Part shown: in pieces, positions 49,301-58,794 of the stretch | Layout of the letters: every line of letters begins with the position of its first letter | Numbering within the stretch: the first letter of the stretch is position 1 | The notes under the pieces: generated by a model | Told to the model about the DNA's origin: nothing | Seen by the model: only the letters and a program-made list of their open reading frames with translations | The model's database searches: none | Source: a virus | Strand: one strand, 5' to 3' | IMG/VR virus record: IMGVR_UViG_3300020185_000024 | Location: 26,667-90,666 of that record | Length of the DNA: 64,000 bases | Program-made: the position numbers and the translations under genes

Positions 49301-52300
49301 TTTAAAACATTGTCTGCTCAACCTTTAAAAGGTGTATACTTTGGACAGAAAAATGGTATGCCTACTTATTTAAAGTACTCTCAAGCTGTGTTATGGCCTT
49401 CTTTTGTTGAAGGTTCTGCATTAGAGAATCTTAAAAATAAGATGGAAACTGAAAAAGTAGATGAAGCAGTTGTAACTGACGGCATTAAAGTAGGTTTAGT
49501 TCAACCTCAAACTGTACATGATGCAGAAAACAATCTTAGATTACCTGATATTCCTTTAAACACTATTACTTTAGATAATAGAAATTGGAGACTTCAACAA
49601 GATTTGCCTAACAAAGGAATAAAGCAAACGTTATTAGGTTCTCAACTTCAAAAGAACATATTAGCTAATATATCTTTAGATAAAGAATATGGAGACATGT
49701 TAGGACAAGATATTGTAGATGATCTTAATAAGACTATCGCAGAACTTTCTAATAGAGGTGTTGAAGAAGTTCTCGAAAACTTTAAAGTAGATAAAGACGG
49801 AAATGTAGATAGAAGTATATTAGATGAAGTTATAATTAAAGAACTTAAAGAAAAAGGCGGAGCCGATAATTTAATCAAAGCTATAGAAAGAGGTGTTCAG
49901 TATGATGCACTATTTCAACATAGAGATAAAATTCAAAACATATTATTCTCTCATATTAACAAAAGAGTTATTGATATAGCTACTAATGGAGGTTCTTTTA
50001 TACAAATGGCCCCTTTTGGAATAACTGAAAAACTAGCAGATTATGCTGGTGTAAAATGGTTAGTTGAAAAATCTGAATTAAAACCGCCTTTAAAAAATAA
50101 AGATGGTTCTATAAGTAGAGGACAAGTACTAATTCCTCATAATCAGATAGTTAAGCATATTCCTAATTATAGAAATATGTCTTTAGAAGATCTTAATGCT
50201 GCAATAGACCCTGAAGCTCTTAAGCTTATAGGTTATCGTATTCCTAACCAAGGAATGTCTTCTAATGACGCTTTAGAAGTTGCAGGAATATTACCTCCAG
50301 AAATGGGAGATATGGTAGTAGCTTATGGAGAAATCACTGCTAAAACAGGTTCTGATTATGACATTGATAAAATGTACATGATGATTCCTCATATAGAATT
50401 AGTAAATGGAGTAGTCAAAAGAGTAGAATATGATGAATCTTTAAACGAAGAAAAATCTGAAGACTCAGAAGATATTACAATAGATAAGAACTCTAAACAA
50501 GCTTTACAAAACAAGCTTATAACTTTATATGATAAAGTATTAACTGACCCAAAAACTTATGCTGCTTTAATGTCTTCTATAGATGCTGAATTTATGAAAG
50601 ATGATATCAAAAGCTTACTTCCTAATGAAGGAAAATCAGATTTAGATTTATTTGATTCTATAAAACAATTAGAACTTAAAATAGATTTAATGTCAGGTAA
50701 AGCAGGTGTTGGTCAAACAGCTAATCAATTGACAGATCATGCTCTTACTCAAATAGCAGACTTTAAATTAAACGAATATTTAGGAGTAGGACTAACTGAT
50801 GAAAAAGGTCATACAGTTTTTAATCAAGTTAAAAGTGAAAAAGTTCCAGGAAGAGACCCTAAAGATATTACAGTAGTAATGTCAGCTTTTTTGAACGCTT
50901 ATGTAGATATTGCTAAAGATCCTTATGTAGTACAAGGTAATCATAATACTTTTACTGCTAATACAGTATTCATGTTACTTAGAGCTGGAGTTGATTATCA
51001 ATGGGTAAATGCTTTTATAGCTCAACCTATTCTTAAAGATTTAGTAAATGAAACCTTTAACGGTAAAGGTAGAATGGCTCTTAAGCAAAAAGGACCTCAA
51101 GGAGGATATTTATCTGCTTTAGAAGTAGTTAAGAAAAAATGGGAAGAAAAAGTAGGAAAAGATTATGAACATAAAGAGTCTTATAATAAGATATCAAGTA
51201 CTTTTAAAGATGTAAGTCCATTAGAGTATTTAAAAGATACAGCAAAAAGTCCAAATTCTGCTGATCCTAGATATCAGTTAGACGTATTAACAATGTTTGA
51301 AGGTTGGAAAAATATATCTAAATCTTTAAGAGATTCTGTAATAGCTTCTAAAAATGATGTTAATGGAGCAGGCTATGATCTTATTAGTAAACAAATTATA
51401 GAAAACACGAAAGAACAAGTACTAAATGATTCTCGTTTAACAAACTTTTCTAATAAGTTTAAAATGAACGGAAAAAATACTGCTTTAGGAACCTTTTATG
51501 ATAATTCTGTAGGGTTAGCTAACCTTATTACTAATAACATGTTTATAACTGATTCTATAGGCTTTAGAAGAATTTTAAATGAGTTTTCAATAGAACTAGG
51601 TCAAGGAGTATTGACTAATAGAGATTTAGGTAAAAAATTAGAAAAAGAAATATTTGCTTATCTTTATTCTCAAACAGATCTACAAATGCAAGATGAGTCT
51701 ATTATTCCCATGTTTAGAGGAAAAAACTCAGTAGCTAATAATGTATCTAGATTGAAAGAGCATAAAAGATATAAAAATAATCCTTTAATTAAACACCTTC
51801 AAATAAAAAAAGGTCATAAAAAAGATGGATATTCTTATGTTACTATATCTAATACTAAGAATCAACCTAAATATTTTAAAGATTTGCTTTATAAAGGTTG
51901 GTTAGAACTATTAGAAGATCCTGAATTAAGACCTTTTGCTGAAAAACTAGTTAGATATTCTTACTATTCTTCAGGGTTTAAGAAAGGTATAGGAAGTATA
52001 TTTGAACATATACCTAATGAATGGATATTTGGAAATGGTATTAACGATAGAATGAAAGCTTGGAAAAACATTTTAAATAACGACGAAGTGTTAGAAGATT
52101 TAAAAGTTCAAGTTTATAAGCATATGTGGGCAGATAATACTATAGTTCCTTCAGTATCTAAACATGTCCCTAAAAAACTTCCAAAAAACATATCTGCTAA
52201 CAATGCAGGTCATGGAACTGATATTATATTTACTATACCTGAATTTGTAGGTAAATATAAAAAAAATGATCAATGGCCTAGATTTGTAACTAGAAAAATA

Positions 52301-52645
52301 GGTTCTACAGATTATCTTTATAGATTAGCAGGCACAGTTGAAAATGATAACGAGAAAAAGACTGAGCACGCAGTATATGTTAGAACTAACAAATTAGGGT
52401 ACTCTAAAAAAGGTAAAACTATAGTGGAATATGGAAGTGATTCTAAAAATTCTATATTCCCAGAAAATATTGCAATTAAAGAGTCGAAAGTTTATAATGA
52501 ATTTAGAAAAAATCTTAGATTTGTATATAATATAGTTACTCCTCCAAAAACAGTAGTACCTGAAATGAGTGTAGTAGAACCATTTGTAATAGATCATCAA
52601 GAAATGTTAAATAAAGCAGAAGCTAGAAAGAAAAATTGTAAATAA
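46367..52645 (+). CDS. Virion-packaged single-subunit double-psi beta-barrel RNA polymerase (phi14:2 gp66-like)
   Basis: Catalytic loop GSDYDIDK (50354-50368), GYRIPNQG, TDAQGY, KRI and VDIAKDP motifs; 2092 aa. Confidence 0.9.
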   Translation: MDCKLTSLQDELLKYLPEGNDAQEQYNALFSNEFKEWYGDWQAPDFDRNYLNEEGEPLLHKGGIFYSALDKTHIPIVGDVYDSFTAGEVEDVVGKLAYEVVKSGKILDFAGDLTGETANIGKIINDFIISQVNTAESNRDKYPKGSKEWEKYNDEREGLDLINDYKAEFKEKVLDFLESRGVKTKSKKTEELEQEVVDELETLESEALEAVESDGLNLTESFRKNSKDNATANIKLLLSFLPKIEITEDNKFVYEKSSYLNGTSFEDFNHVFNKLQDELSNLVTLNGENGKVLDMFDLMLEKVGDLSATMPVMAVLKERLRELPEYKKTEFVQTFSMSKYDFITTLVSGKEGNRVVKVGTAQQFSASDIIIDAWNVGFEETSSINISTGKFNSSLINKQLESLNKIKKDLESKKIDSVKLKGAIEDRILEAFESIGVTPNKKAFMAYMGADSAGNIETGEFKNKFTSILNAFIRLSNITDENIYDEDRNMNNVLKDVMGNVLKDLAKEQAKFEPSLTDATVLGKDGNQFWEYSKPSMMHSLLSQIHRGDYSLLDELLGQPYAKGSRWLNHIDGLRRQGKTEAIKNIKISTFLQFKEEGKGDQGEDSKSISMPDLLADTINKTLNHRKNNPKEGIRNHNSINSTMTAADKSQQHHMEGMPAIKSNISGNPSDVKFYNKEVVETFKDYLRDELRRYAKAYKELDTLPKEKLILYYHTDKDGNVRDEDSLLGNAFNIYSFPGILEAVPGILNSAKEVITDSQGEPLLPDAVDAYVKKALSDKIVETYNAAKKYHIVKEDGSNNAIDKTILASYSGSHKTFAAIADFTINSLVSNIEGTKMFNGDPGFYKNPADFLKRIPASYINGLTLRLGIKDAEGKFLKDNDHEFKVAVLAAVETNPSAYLDSITKAFEDAGYSKEDIDDLKKAYVGVNVTDAQGYITPDRFKFLMERLGKGTTPEWNRIYEKATTKVDGKWQQLTPEEFKTLSAQPLKGVYFGQKNGMPTYLKYSQAVLWPSFVEGSALENLKNKMETEKVDEAVVTDGIKVGLVQPQTVHDAENNLRLPDIPLNTITLDNRNWRLQQDLPNKGIKQTLLGSQLQKNILANISLDKEYGDMLGQDIVDDLNKTIAELSNRGVEEVLENFKVDKDGNVDRSILDEVIIKELKEKGGADNLIKAIERGVQYDALFQHRDKIQNILFSHINKRVIDIATNGGSFIQMAPFGITEKLADYAGVKWLVEKSELKPPLKNKDGSISRGQVLIPHNQIVKHIPNYRNMSLEDLNAAIDPEALKLIGYRIPNQGMSSNDALEVAGILPPEMGDMVVAYGEITAKTGSDYDIDKMYMMIPHIELVNGVVKRVEYDESLNEEKSEDSEDITIDKNSKQALQNKLITLYDKVLTDPKTYAALMSSIDAEFMKDDIKSLLPNEGKSDLDLFDSIKQLELKIDLMSGKAGVGQTANQLTDHALTQIADFKLNEYLGVGLTDEKGHTVFNQVKSEKVPGRDPKDITVVMSAFLNAYVDIAKDPYVVQGNHNTFTANTVFMLLRAGVDYQWVNAFIAQPILKDLVNETFNGKGRMALKQKGPQGGYLSALEVVKKKWEEKVGKDYEHKESYNKISSTFKDVSPLEYLKDTAKSPNSADPRYQLDVLTMFEGWKNISKSLRDSVIASKNDVNGAGYDLISKQIIENTKEQVLNDSRLTNFSNKFKMNGKNTALGTFYDNSVGLANLITNNMFITDSIGFRRILNEFSIELGQGVLTNRDLGKKLEKEIFAYLYSQTDLQMQDESIIPMFRGKNSVANNVSRLKEHKRYKNNPLIKHLQIKKGHKKDGYSYVTISNTKNQPKYFKDLLYKGWLELLEDPELRPFAEKLVRYSYYSSGFKKGIGSIFEHIPNEWIFGNGINDRMKAWKNILNNDEVLEDLKVQVYKHMWADNTIVPSVSKHVPKKLPKNISANNAGHGTDIIFTIPEFVGKYKKNDQWPRFVTRKIGSTDYLYRLAGTVENDNEKKTEHAVYVRTNKLGYSKKGKTIVEYGSDSKNSIFPENIAIKESKVYNEFRKNLRFVYNIVTPPKTVVPEMSVVEPFVIDHQEMLNKAEARKKNCK

Positions 52646-52646
52646 T

Positions 52647-55600
52647 ATGAGTTGTCCAAATTTAAATATAAGTCCTTTAAAAGAAATTAAAGAAGAGTAT
52701 GGAGAAGATGCTGCATACTTAGCTAATGAAATGCTAACTGAAAATTCATTTAAGGATTGGTATGGCTCTGAAGTTTATCCTTTTGTAGACGCTAATTTAA
52801 GAATAGAAAATTCAATAGGAGAGCATTTTGATTTAGGAAAAAATCTTACATCCAGAGGTTATACCAATAAACTAACTAAATCTGAAACTGTAACAAAGAA
52901 TAAAGATTCTTATGGAGAAGTTTCTAAACAAAATGTTGCTGATATTGATTCTATTTTAGGAAAGTCTAAAAAAAATCTCAACAGTAGAGAAATTTTATCA
53001 AAGTTACATCCTAAGCTAAAAGATCCTTTAATGGAAAAGTTAGCATATATGATGTTGAATAAAGTCGAAGGTAGCGATAATGTAATAATAGAAGAACTAG
53101 AAGATGGACAATATATGGCATTTGATCCAGATACAGATACTGTGCACCTTAATTCTAATATGTTATATGATAATGGTATAGACATGTTCTCTAGTACTTT
53201 TATGCATGAAATGGTGCATAAATATACTGCAAATGCATTGTTTAATCCTAAAAACAAAAGAGAAGAAGCATTTAAATTTCAAATGACTTCTTTATATAAT
53301 ACTGTAAATAAATATTTTTCTAAAGAACAGAAAGAAGAATTTTTTAGAGTATTTGGAGAAGAAGCTTCTGAAGCTGGAGTAAATGTTCATGAATTTGTCA
53401 GCGAAGTAATGACTAATAAGAAGTTCCAAACTGCAGTAAAAGGTATAAAATTTAATGTTTGGGATAGGTTTATAAACTTTGTAACTTCTCTATTTGGAGG
53501 AACAGATTCTTCAAATGTTTACGGAAATGCTGTTGAAGCTATATTAAACCAAGTAGAAAAATATAATTTCTCATATAACTACAATTCAAATAATCAATTA
53601 CAAACTTCAGTGACTTTATATGCTACTACTAAAGAAGCTAAAAAAGAGACTGAAGAAAGTGAATCTAATAAAAGAGCTAAAAAAATAGTAGATAACTTAG
53701 AAGATAGAATAATAACTTTAGAAGATGTTGCAGCAGCAGCTATCAAAAAAATAGATAAAACACTTAACCGACATACTCTTAAGAAAAAAGAAACATTTAG
53801 AAAAAACCTAAAAGATCTTAGAAAAGAACTTGTTAAGTATCAAAAAACAGATACTTTAAAAGCTTTAATGCTATTTAGTCAACGAGTACTTAAACAAAGT
53901 GTAGATGTAGAAAATAAAATGAAGACTGCTATCGAAGAAGGAACTATAAATGATAAACTTTTAATGGATGTTCAAGAATTTTTAGGAGCTTATGATTTAA
54001 TAGATATAATAGTAGAAAAACTTCAAAAAGAACCTTTATCTGAACATTTAACTGCAGAACTTAAAGAAGAAAGTATAAAAGAACTTAGAGAAATAGAGCA
54101 TAAAAGAAAAGATGTTTTAGCTAAAAGAGAAGAATTAGTTAAAGAATCTGTAATAGCTGCACTATCTAAAGAATCTACTTTAGCTGAAGGTAAGTTTAAA
54201 GAAAAATTTGAAAGAGAAGCTAATAGTCAAGGACTAAAAGGAAATCAAAAAATAAAGTATATAGCTGAAAAAATGGAAGCTGCAGAAGAAGAAATTAAAG
54301 ACTATTCTTATAATTTCTTTGAAAGATTGGTTAATATATCTGAAAGTGATTTAAATAGCCTAGAATCTTTAATATTGGATCCAGGCTCATTAAACTCTAC
54401 TACTATTCAAGGAGTAGTTAATATTTTAAACAGAGCTGATTTAAATACTAGAAGATATACTTTAGATCATAGAAGACATATAGCTGAAGCTTTTATTGAA
54501 TATGAAAAAGACCATCCTGAAGGAAATGTAAGTAAGAAGTATGATGCTTTATTAGGAAAAAATGCAGATGGAACAAAAAATGGAAAACTTGTAGGAGAAT
54601 ATAAATATGAATTTTATGAAACTCTTTCTAAATTAAATAGAGCTTACGGAAAAGCTGTAGCTGAATCTGGAAAAAACTCTCCAGAAGCTAAAGCTGCACT
54701 TAAAGACTTAAAATCATGGAGAACTAAAAATGTAACTAAAAGTCCTGATGGATTTTATTTTCCTATGAATAAATGGAAAGATCCTAACTTTAAAAAGTTA
54801 TCAGAATCTGAAAAAAAGTTTTTAGATGTTATTAAAGCTTCTATAGATGAAGCAGATAGAAAATTACCAGATTTTGCAAAATTAGCAAAGTCTCCTCATA
54901 AGTTTGAACCTTCTTGGTATAGTCTTCCTACTATAAGTAAAAGTCAATTAGAAAGAGTTTATGAAGATAAAAAAGGAATGGTTCCTTCTTGGATTAAAGA
55001 TAGTCTTACTAAGCAGGCAGATGATCAAGAAAGAAATGAGTTTGTAGATGAAACTAATTCTGACAATGCTAAATCATTAAGCAAATTAGGATATGAAGAG
55101 ACTATATCTACAGAAACTGGAAGTGAAAGACACGGTGTTCCTGTATTTTTTAGAGGTAACTTAGATGTTTCTCAACAATCTTTTGATTTAGGTACATTAG
55201 CTGTAATGAATGCCCACATGGCAGAGAATTATAAGCAAAAAAGTTTAACTGTTCCTACTTTAGAGTTAATCAAAGAAGTTACTAAAAATAAAGAAGTTTT
55301 AAAAACTGAAGGTCTTACTAAAAAATATTTAATAAATAAATTAAATAAGACAGAATTATTGAAACTTCAAGATAAAGAGTCTAATGAATATAAGGTATTA
55401 AAGTCTATATTAGAAGATAGATTATACGGAGAATCTACTATAGATATGAAAATGTCTGCAAACTTTATGGGAATGAAGATAGACGGTAATAAAGTAGTTA
55501 GTGCTGTAGGTTCATGGACTAGTCAAACTATGTTAGCAATGAACTATTTTGCTGGCGGAGTAAACATATTTCAAGGTAAGGTGCAAAACTTCATAGAAGG

Positions 55601-56819
55601 CGTTGGAGGAAATGTATTTAATAGAGAGCAATTAAGAGGTGCTGAAAAAGAATTTTGGGCAGACAGTCAATCTTGGGTAAAAGACATAGGAAAGCCTCTT
55701 AAAACGTCTAAAACAAACCTTTTAATGGAGCTTTATAATGTCTCTGGAGACTTCGGAGCATTGTCTACAAAATTTGCACAGGATAATAGATTTAAAGCGT
55801 TAATGACTAAGGACATGTTATATTCTACCAGTCATGTTGGAGAATATTATATACAGTCTACTTTAATGTATTCAGTAATGAAGTCTATTAAAGCTATGAA
55901 TAAAAACAAAGAATGGATTAATGCTGAAGGAAAAGTAGTAAAAACTGAAGCAGAAGCTGCGACCTTAGATCAAATGTACACTGCTAAAGACGGTCACATA
56001 GAACCTCATCCTTCATTAGGATTTATCTATAGAAAAGGTCAAGGAGCATCTAAATTTTCAGAAGTAAGAGTAAGTAATCTTATTAAAAAATTATCTGCAG
56101 ATTTACATGGTCAATATGATCCACAAATGCAATCTATACTTCAAAGATATGCTGTTGGTAAATTAGTATACCAATTAAGAAAATGGTTACTAAGAGGTAT
56201 GAAAAGAAGATGGAGAGGTATTAATACTTCTAGAAAAAGTATTGATGAATTAAGAGATATAGATAGATATTGGTCAGAAGACCTTCAACAATTTGAAGAA
56301 GGATACTATACTACAGCCGTAAGATTTATATCTGATCTAACTAAAGCAGGTAAAGAATTTAAGTTAAGCTTACTGTCTACTAATTGGCAACAGTTAACAG
56401 ATGCTGAAAAAGCTAACATTAGAAAAATAACTTCTGAGTTAGCGTTATACGGAATATCATTTATTTCTGCATCTTTGTTAATGGCTTTAGGAGATGATGA
56501 ACCAGATGAAGATACTAAAAATTCTATATTTAGTGCAGCATATTTAGTAAAAAGAACAGCTTCTGAAATAGGATTTTATTGGAACCCTGCAGAATTTTTA
56601 ACTATTATGAGATCTCCAGCAGCCTCTATAAGCATGATAGAAAAAAGTATTCACTTTCTAGGACAACTTTCAGATCCTACAGAATTGTACAAAACAGGAA
56701 GAAGAAAAGGAGAGTATAAACTAGTTAAAGATGTAGAGGATTTAGTTCCTATTATTAGACAGCTTAACAGACATGAAAATATTAGAGAAAGTTTAAGTTA
56801 TATATACAACACTCATTAG
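52647..56819 (+). CDS. Giant ejection protein with N-terminal zincin metallopeptidase domain
   Basis: HEMVH (53205-53219) plus downstream HEFVSE third ligand; C-terminal helical/TM-like region. Confidence 0.75.
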   Translation: MSCPNLNISPLKEIKEEYGEDAAYLANEMLTENSFKDWYGSEVYPFVDANLRIENSIGEHFDLGKNLTSRGYTNKLTKSETVTKNKDSYGEVSKQNVADIDSILGKSKKNLNSREILSKLHPKLKDPLMEKLAYMMLNKVEGSDNVIIEELEDGQYMAFDPDTDTVHLNSNMLYDNGIDMFSSTFMHEMVHKYTANALFNPKNKREEAFKFQMTSLYNTVNKYFSKEQKEEFFRVFGEEASEAGVNVHEFVSEVMTNKKFQTAVKGIKFNVWDRFINFVTSLFGGTDSSNVYGNAVEAILNQVEKYNFSYNYNSNNQLQTSVTLYATTKEAKKETEESESNKRAKKIVDNLEDRIITLEDVAAAAIKKIDKTLNRHTLKKKETFRKNLKDLRKELVKYQKTDTLKALMLFSQRVLKQSVDVENKMKTAIEEGTINDKLLMDVQEFLGAYDLIDIIVEKLQKEPLSEHLTAELKEESIKELREIEHKRKDVLAKREELVKESVIAALSKESTLAEGKFKEKFEREANSQGLKGNQKIKYIAEKMEAAEEEIKDYSYNFFERLVNISESDLNSLESLILDPGSLNSTTIQGVVNILNRADLNTRRYTLDHRRHIAEAFIEYEKDHPEGNVSKKYDALLGKNADGTKNGKLVGEYKYEFYETLSKLNRAYGKAVAESGKNSPEAKAALKDLKSWRTKNVTKSPDGFYFPMNKWKDPNFKKLSESEKKFLDVIKASIDEADRKLPDFAKLAKSPHKFEPSWYSLPTISKSQLERVYEDKKGMVPSWIKDSLTKQADDQERNEFVDETNSDNAKSLSKLGYEETISTETGSERHGVPVFFRGNLDVSQQSFDLGTLAVMNAHMAENYKQKSLTVPTLELIKEVTKNKEVLKTEGLTKKYLINKLNKTELLKLQDKESNEYKVLKSILEDRLYGESTIDMKMSANFMGMKIDGNKVVSAVGSWTSQTMLAMNYFAGGVNIFQGKVQNFIEGVGGNVFNREQLRGAEKEFWADSQSWVKDIGKPLKTSKTNLLMELYNVSGDFGALSTKFAQDNRFKALMTKDMLYSTSHVGEYYIQSTLMYSVMKSIKAMNKNKEWINAEGKVVKTEAEAATLDQMYTAKDGHIEPHPSLGFIYRKGQGASKFSEVRVSNLIKKLSADLHGQYDPQMQSILQRYAVGKLVYQLRKWLLRGMKRRWRGINTSRKSIDELRDIDRYWSEDLQQFEEGYYTTAVRFISDLTKAGKEFKLSLLSTNWQQLTDAEKANIRKITSELALYGISFISASLLMALGDDEPDEDTKNSIFSAAYLVKRTASEIGFYWNPAEFLTIMRSPAASISMIEKSIHFLGQLSDPTELYKTGRRKGEYKLVKDVEDLVPIIRQLNRHENIRESLSYIYNTH

Positions 56820-56826
56820 AAAGTCT

Positions 56827-56861
56827 AAAAAAAAGAGAGGGATTTATTCCCTACTCTTTTA
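56827..56861. terminator. Bidirectional terminator between convergent operons
   Basis: A8-GAGAGGGA-ttta-TTCCCTACTC-T5 hairpin flanked by A- and T-runs. Confidence 0.75.
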
Positions 56862-57446
56862 TAAGTTTTCTTTTCCTGTCCCATTACATTCTTCACATTT
56901 TTCAGGTTCATCTCCACAATGTTCTTTACATGTAGGGCATAAATCATTCTCAGGTAATTGGTGTCTTATATCATCTCCACAACAAGAAAAGTATACTTCT
57001 CCAGTACCTTCGCAATTAAAACATTCTCTATTGTTGTTGTACCATTTAATAAATTCTATTACTGCTTTATAAACAGCTTCCATAGTATTTTTTCCTTGTA
57101 CAGATAAAGTTAGTTCATCTTCTCCATCAGTTATGTGGCAATGTCCATACATTATTACGACTTCAAATCTTCCTGTATTATTAATCTTCTCAACTACTGG
57201 CATAAGCCAATTCCAATCTTTATAATATCTAAGAGCTTTATGTGTCCTACATAAATAACCACCTATTTTCAAGTGCTTAAATGCTTTATGTCTCCATCCA
57301 GGAGGATCATAATCAGGTATAGACTTATTACATTCATTAAAAGGATGATATTCATATCCCATGAACTCAGCTATAAGCTTATTATTCTTTATTCTATTTG
57401 TTTTTTTTCCTTTCATTTTAAATTTTTCTACTACTCCATTTTTCAA
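56859..57446 (-). CDS. Hypothetical protein with C-terminal DnaJ-type zinc finger (true start may be near 57416)
   Basis: NKLIAEFMG...DWNWLMPVVEKI...AVYKAVIEFIKWYN phage domain fused to CxxCxGxG...CC...CxxC..CxxCxGxG. Confidence 0.7.
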   Translation of the reverse strand: MKNGVVEKFKMKGKKTNRIKNNKLIAEFMGYEYHPFNECNKSIPDYDPPGWRHKAFKHLKIGGYLCRTHKALRYYKDWNWLMPVVEKINNTGRFEVVIMYGHCHITDGEDELTLSVQGKNTMEAVYKAVIEFIKWYNNNRECFNCEGTGEVYFSCCGDDIRHQLPENDLCPTCKEHCGDEPEKCEECNGTGKENL

Positions 57447-57708
57447 TAAGAGCTAAATAGCTACCGAATAATCCTCCTGTTAAAGAAAATGCTACAATAA
57501 TTAAATTTTCCCATTTAAAGTCGTTAATAATCTCGTACATGGAGATACTGCTTATAGCAATGCCCACAAGCCAACTTAAGTGCACTATTGCACCGCTTAA
57601 TAGAACTTGAGGAATATTATGAGCTGCAATAGCTTTAACATTCCAAGTTCTTGTTCCTATAAATACTAATTGTGTAAAAAATACTATTATTGAATATTCT
57701 AAAATCAT
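57418..57708 (-). CDS. Small 3-TM membrane protein (DUF2179/UPF0316 N-terminal-like)
   Basis: Three hydrophobic segments ending in GGLFGSYLAL; family name recalled. Confidence 0.6.
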   Translation of the reverse strand: MILEYSIIVFFTQLVFIGTRTWNVKAIAAHNIPQVLLSGAIVHLSWLVGIAISSISMYEIINDFKWENLIIVAFSLTGGLFGSYLALIEKWSSRKI

Positions 57709-57980
57709 ATTGCGTTTTTATCCCTATATTTAGGAGATTGTTTTCTTGATTTGCTAGGATACCCTTTATTCTTAAGAGCTTTTTGCTTTTTCCTATTCTT
57801 ATAAAGTTCTTCTTGTTTATCTATGTGATAATTTTTCTGACTATTACAAGAAAAAAACAGAACCATTAATATTCCAAATGTTATGAAAATTATTACCATT
57901 TTTCTTTCTTTAGAAGCTTGATGTCTTAAAAAACTATCTACATAATCCTCTCCATTGAGCCATTTCATAAATTTATTCAT
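57705..57980 (-). CDS. Putative membrane-anchored lipoprotein with basic tail
   Basis: RKMVIIFITFGILMVLFFS-C lipobox-like; start re-assigned to ATG at 57980. Confidence 0.5.
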   Translation of the reverse strand: MNKFMKWLNGEDYVDSFLRHQASKERKMVIIFITFGILMVLFFSCNSQKNYHIDKQEELYKNRKKQKALKNKGYPSKSRKQSPKYRDKNAI

Positions 57981-58794
57981 ATTGTCTTTCTTTATAATCT
58001 GGATACAAATCTTTAACAAAATCACTTTGCCAATATTCTTTTGTATCTATATCCATTATACTTAATTTGCCTCCCCAGCCTCCGCCAGTATCTAGATTCC
58101 AAACATTACACCTATTCATAGGTACTATAATACCTCCATTTTTAGGCTGATTTGGATCTTTATATTCTTTGTACTTAGGCTTTATTTTATGCATCATAGT
58201 AGTACTATGACCAATAAATATTTCTTTGTGCTTATACATTCTATATGGATTAGGTCTATAATACTGATCTGATTTATCTGGTATGTTACCATTTAAAGCA
58301 ATAGCTAATTCCCACATATCTCTGTCCCAATAATAATCAGACTCATGAGCAGCATGTCCTAAACCTTTTTTAGATTTAAAACCTCCGTGAACAAAACCTC
58401 TATTTTCTTCATCTACATAGTAGTTAACTAAGTGTTTAAAAAAGTTTTTATGAGAATCTTTATGTAAATAACAAGTCTCTAAATAAGAATCTTTAGTAGA
58501 TTGTCCTCCTTGCTTTAACCACATTTCTTGAGCTATTCCATAAGTAAACCATTCATGACACCATTGATCATGATTACCTCTTATAAATATGATAGGTTTT
58601 TCTTTAGGGCTAAACTCTTGCAACTCTATTAAATAATCTATTAATTGAGCACTTTCAGGCCAACCATCTACATAATCTCCTAGAAATATTAATTTATCTC
58701 TCATTGAATCATAAGAAGCTCTTTGTAATGCTTGTTTTAAAGCTTTTAAGCCTCCATGAATGTCGCCACAGACCAAAGTTCTTATACTTCCCAT
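57973..58794 (-). CDS. PPP-family Ser/Thr protein phosphatase-like metallophosphoesterase
   Basis: GDIHG, GDYVDG, RGNHD, VHGG, GHS and LDTG motifs as in lambda phosphatase / PrpA. Confidence 0.88.
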   Translation of the reverse strand: MGSIRTLVCGDIHGGLKALKQALQRASYDSMRDKLIFLGDYVDGWPESAQLIDYLIELQEFSPKEKPIIFIRGNHDQWCHEWFTYGIAQEMWLKQGGQSTKDSYLETCYLHKDSHKNFFKHLVNYYVDEENRGFVHGGFKSKKGLGHAAHESDYYWDRDMWELAIALNGNIPDKSDQYYRPNPYRMYKHKEIFIGHSTTMMHKIKPKYKEYKDPNQPKNGGIIVPMNRCNVWNLDTGGGWGGKLSIMDIDTKEYWQSDFVKDLYPDYKERQYE

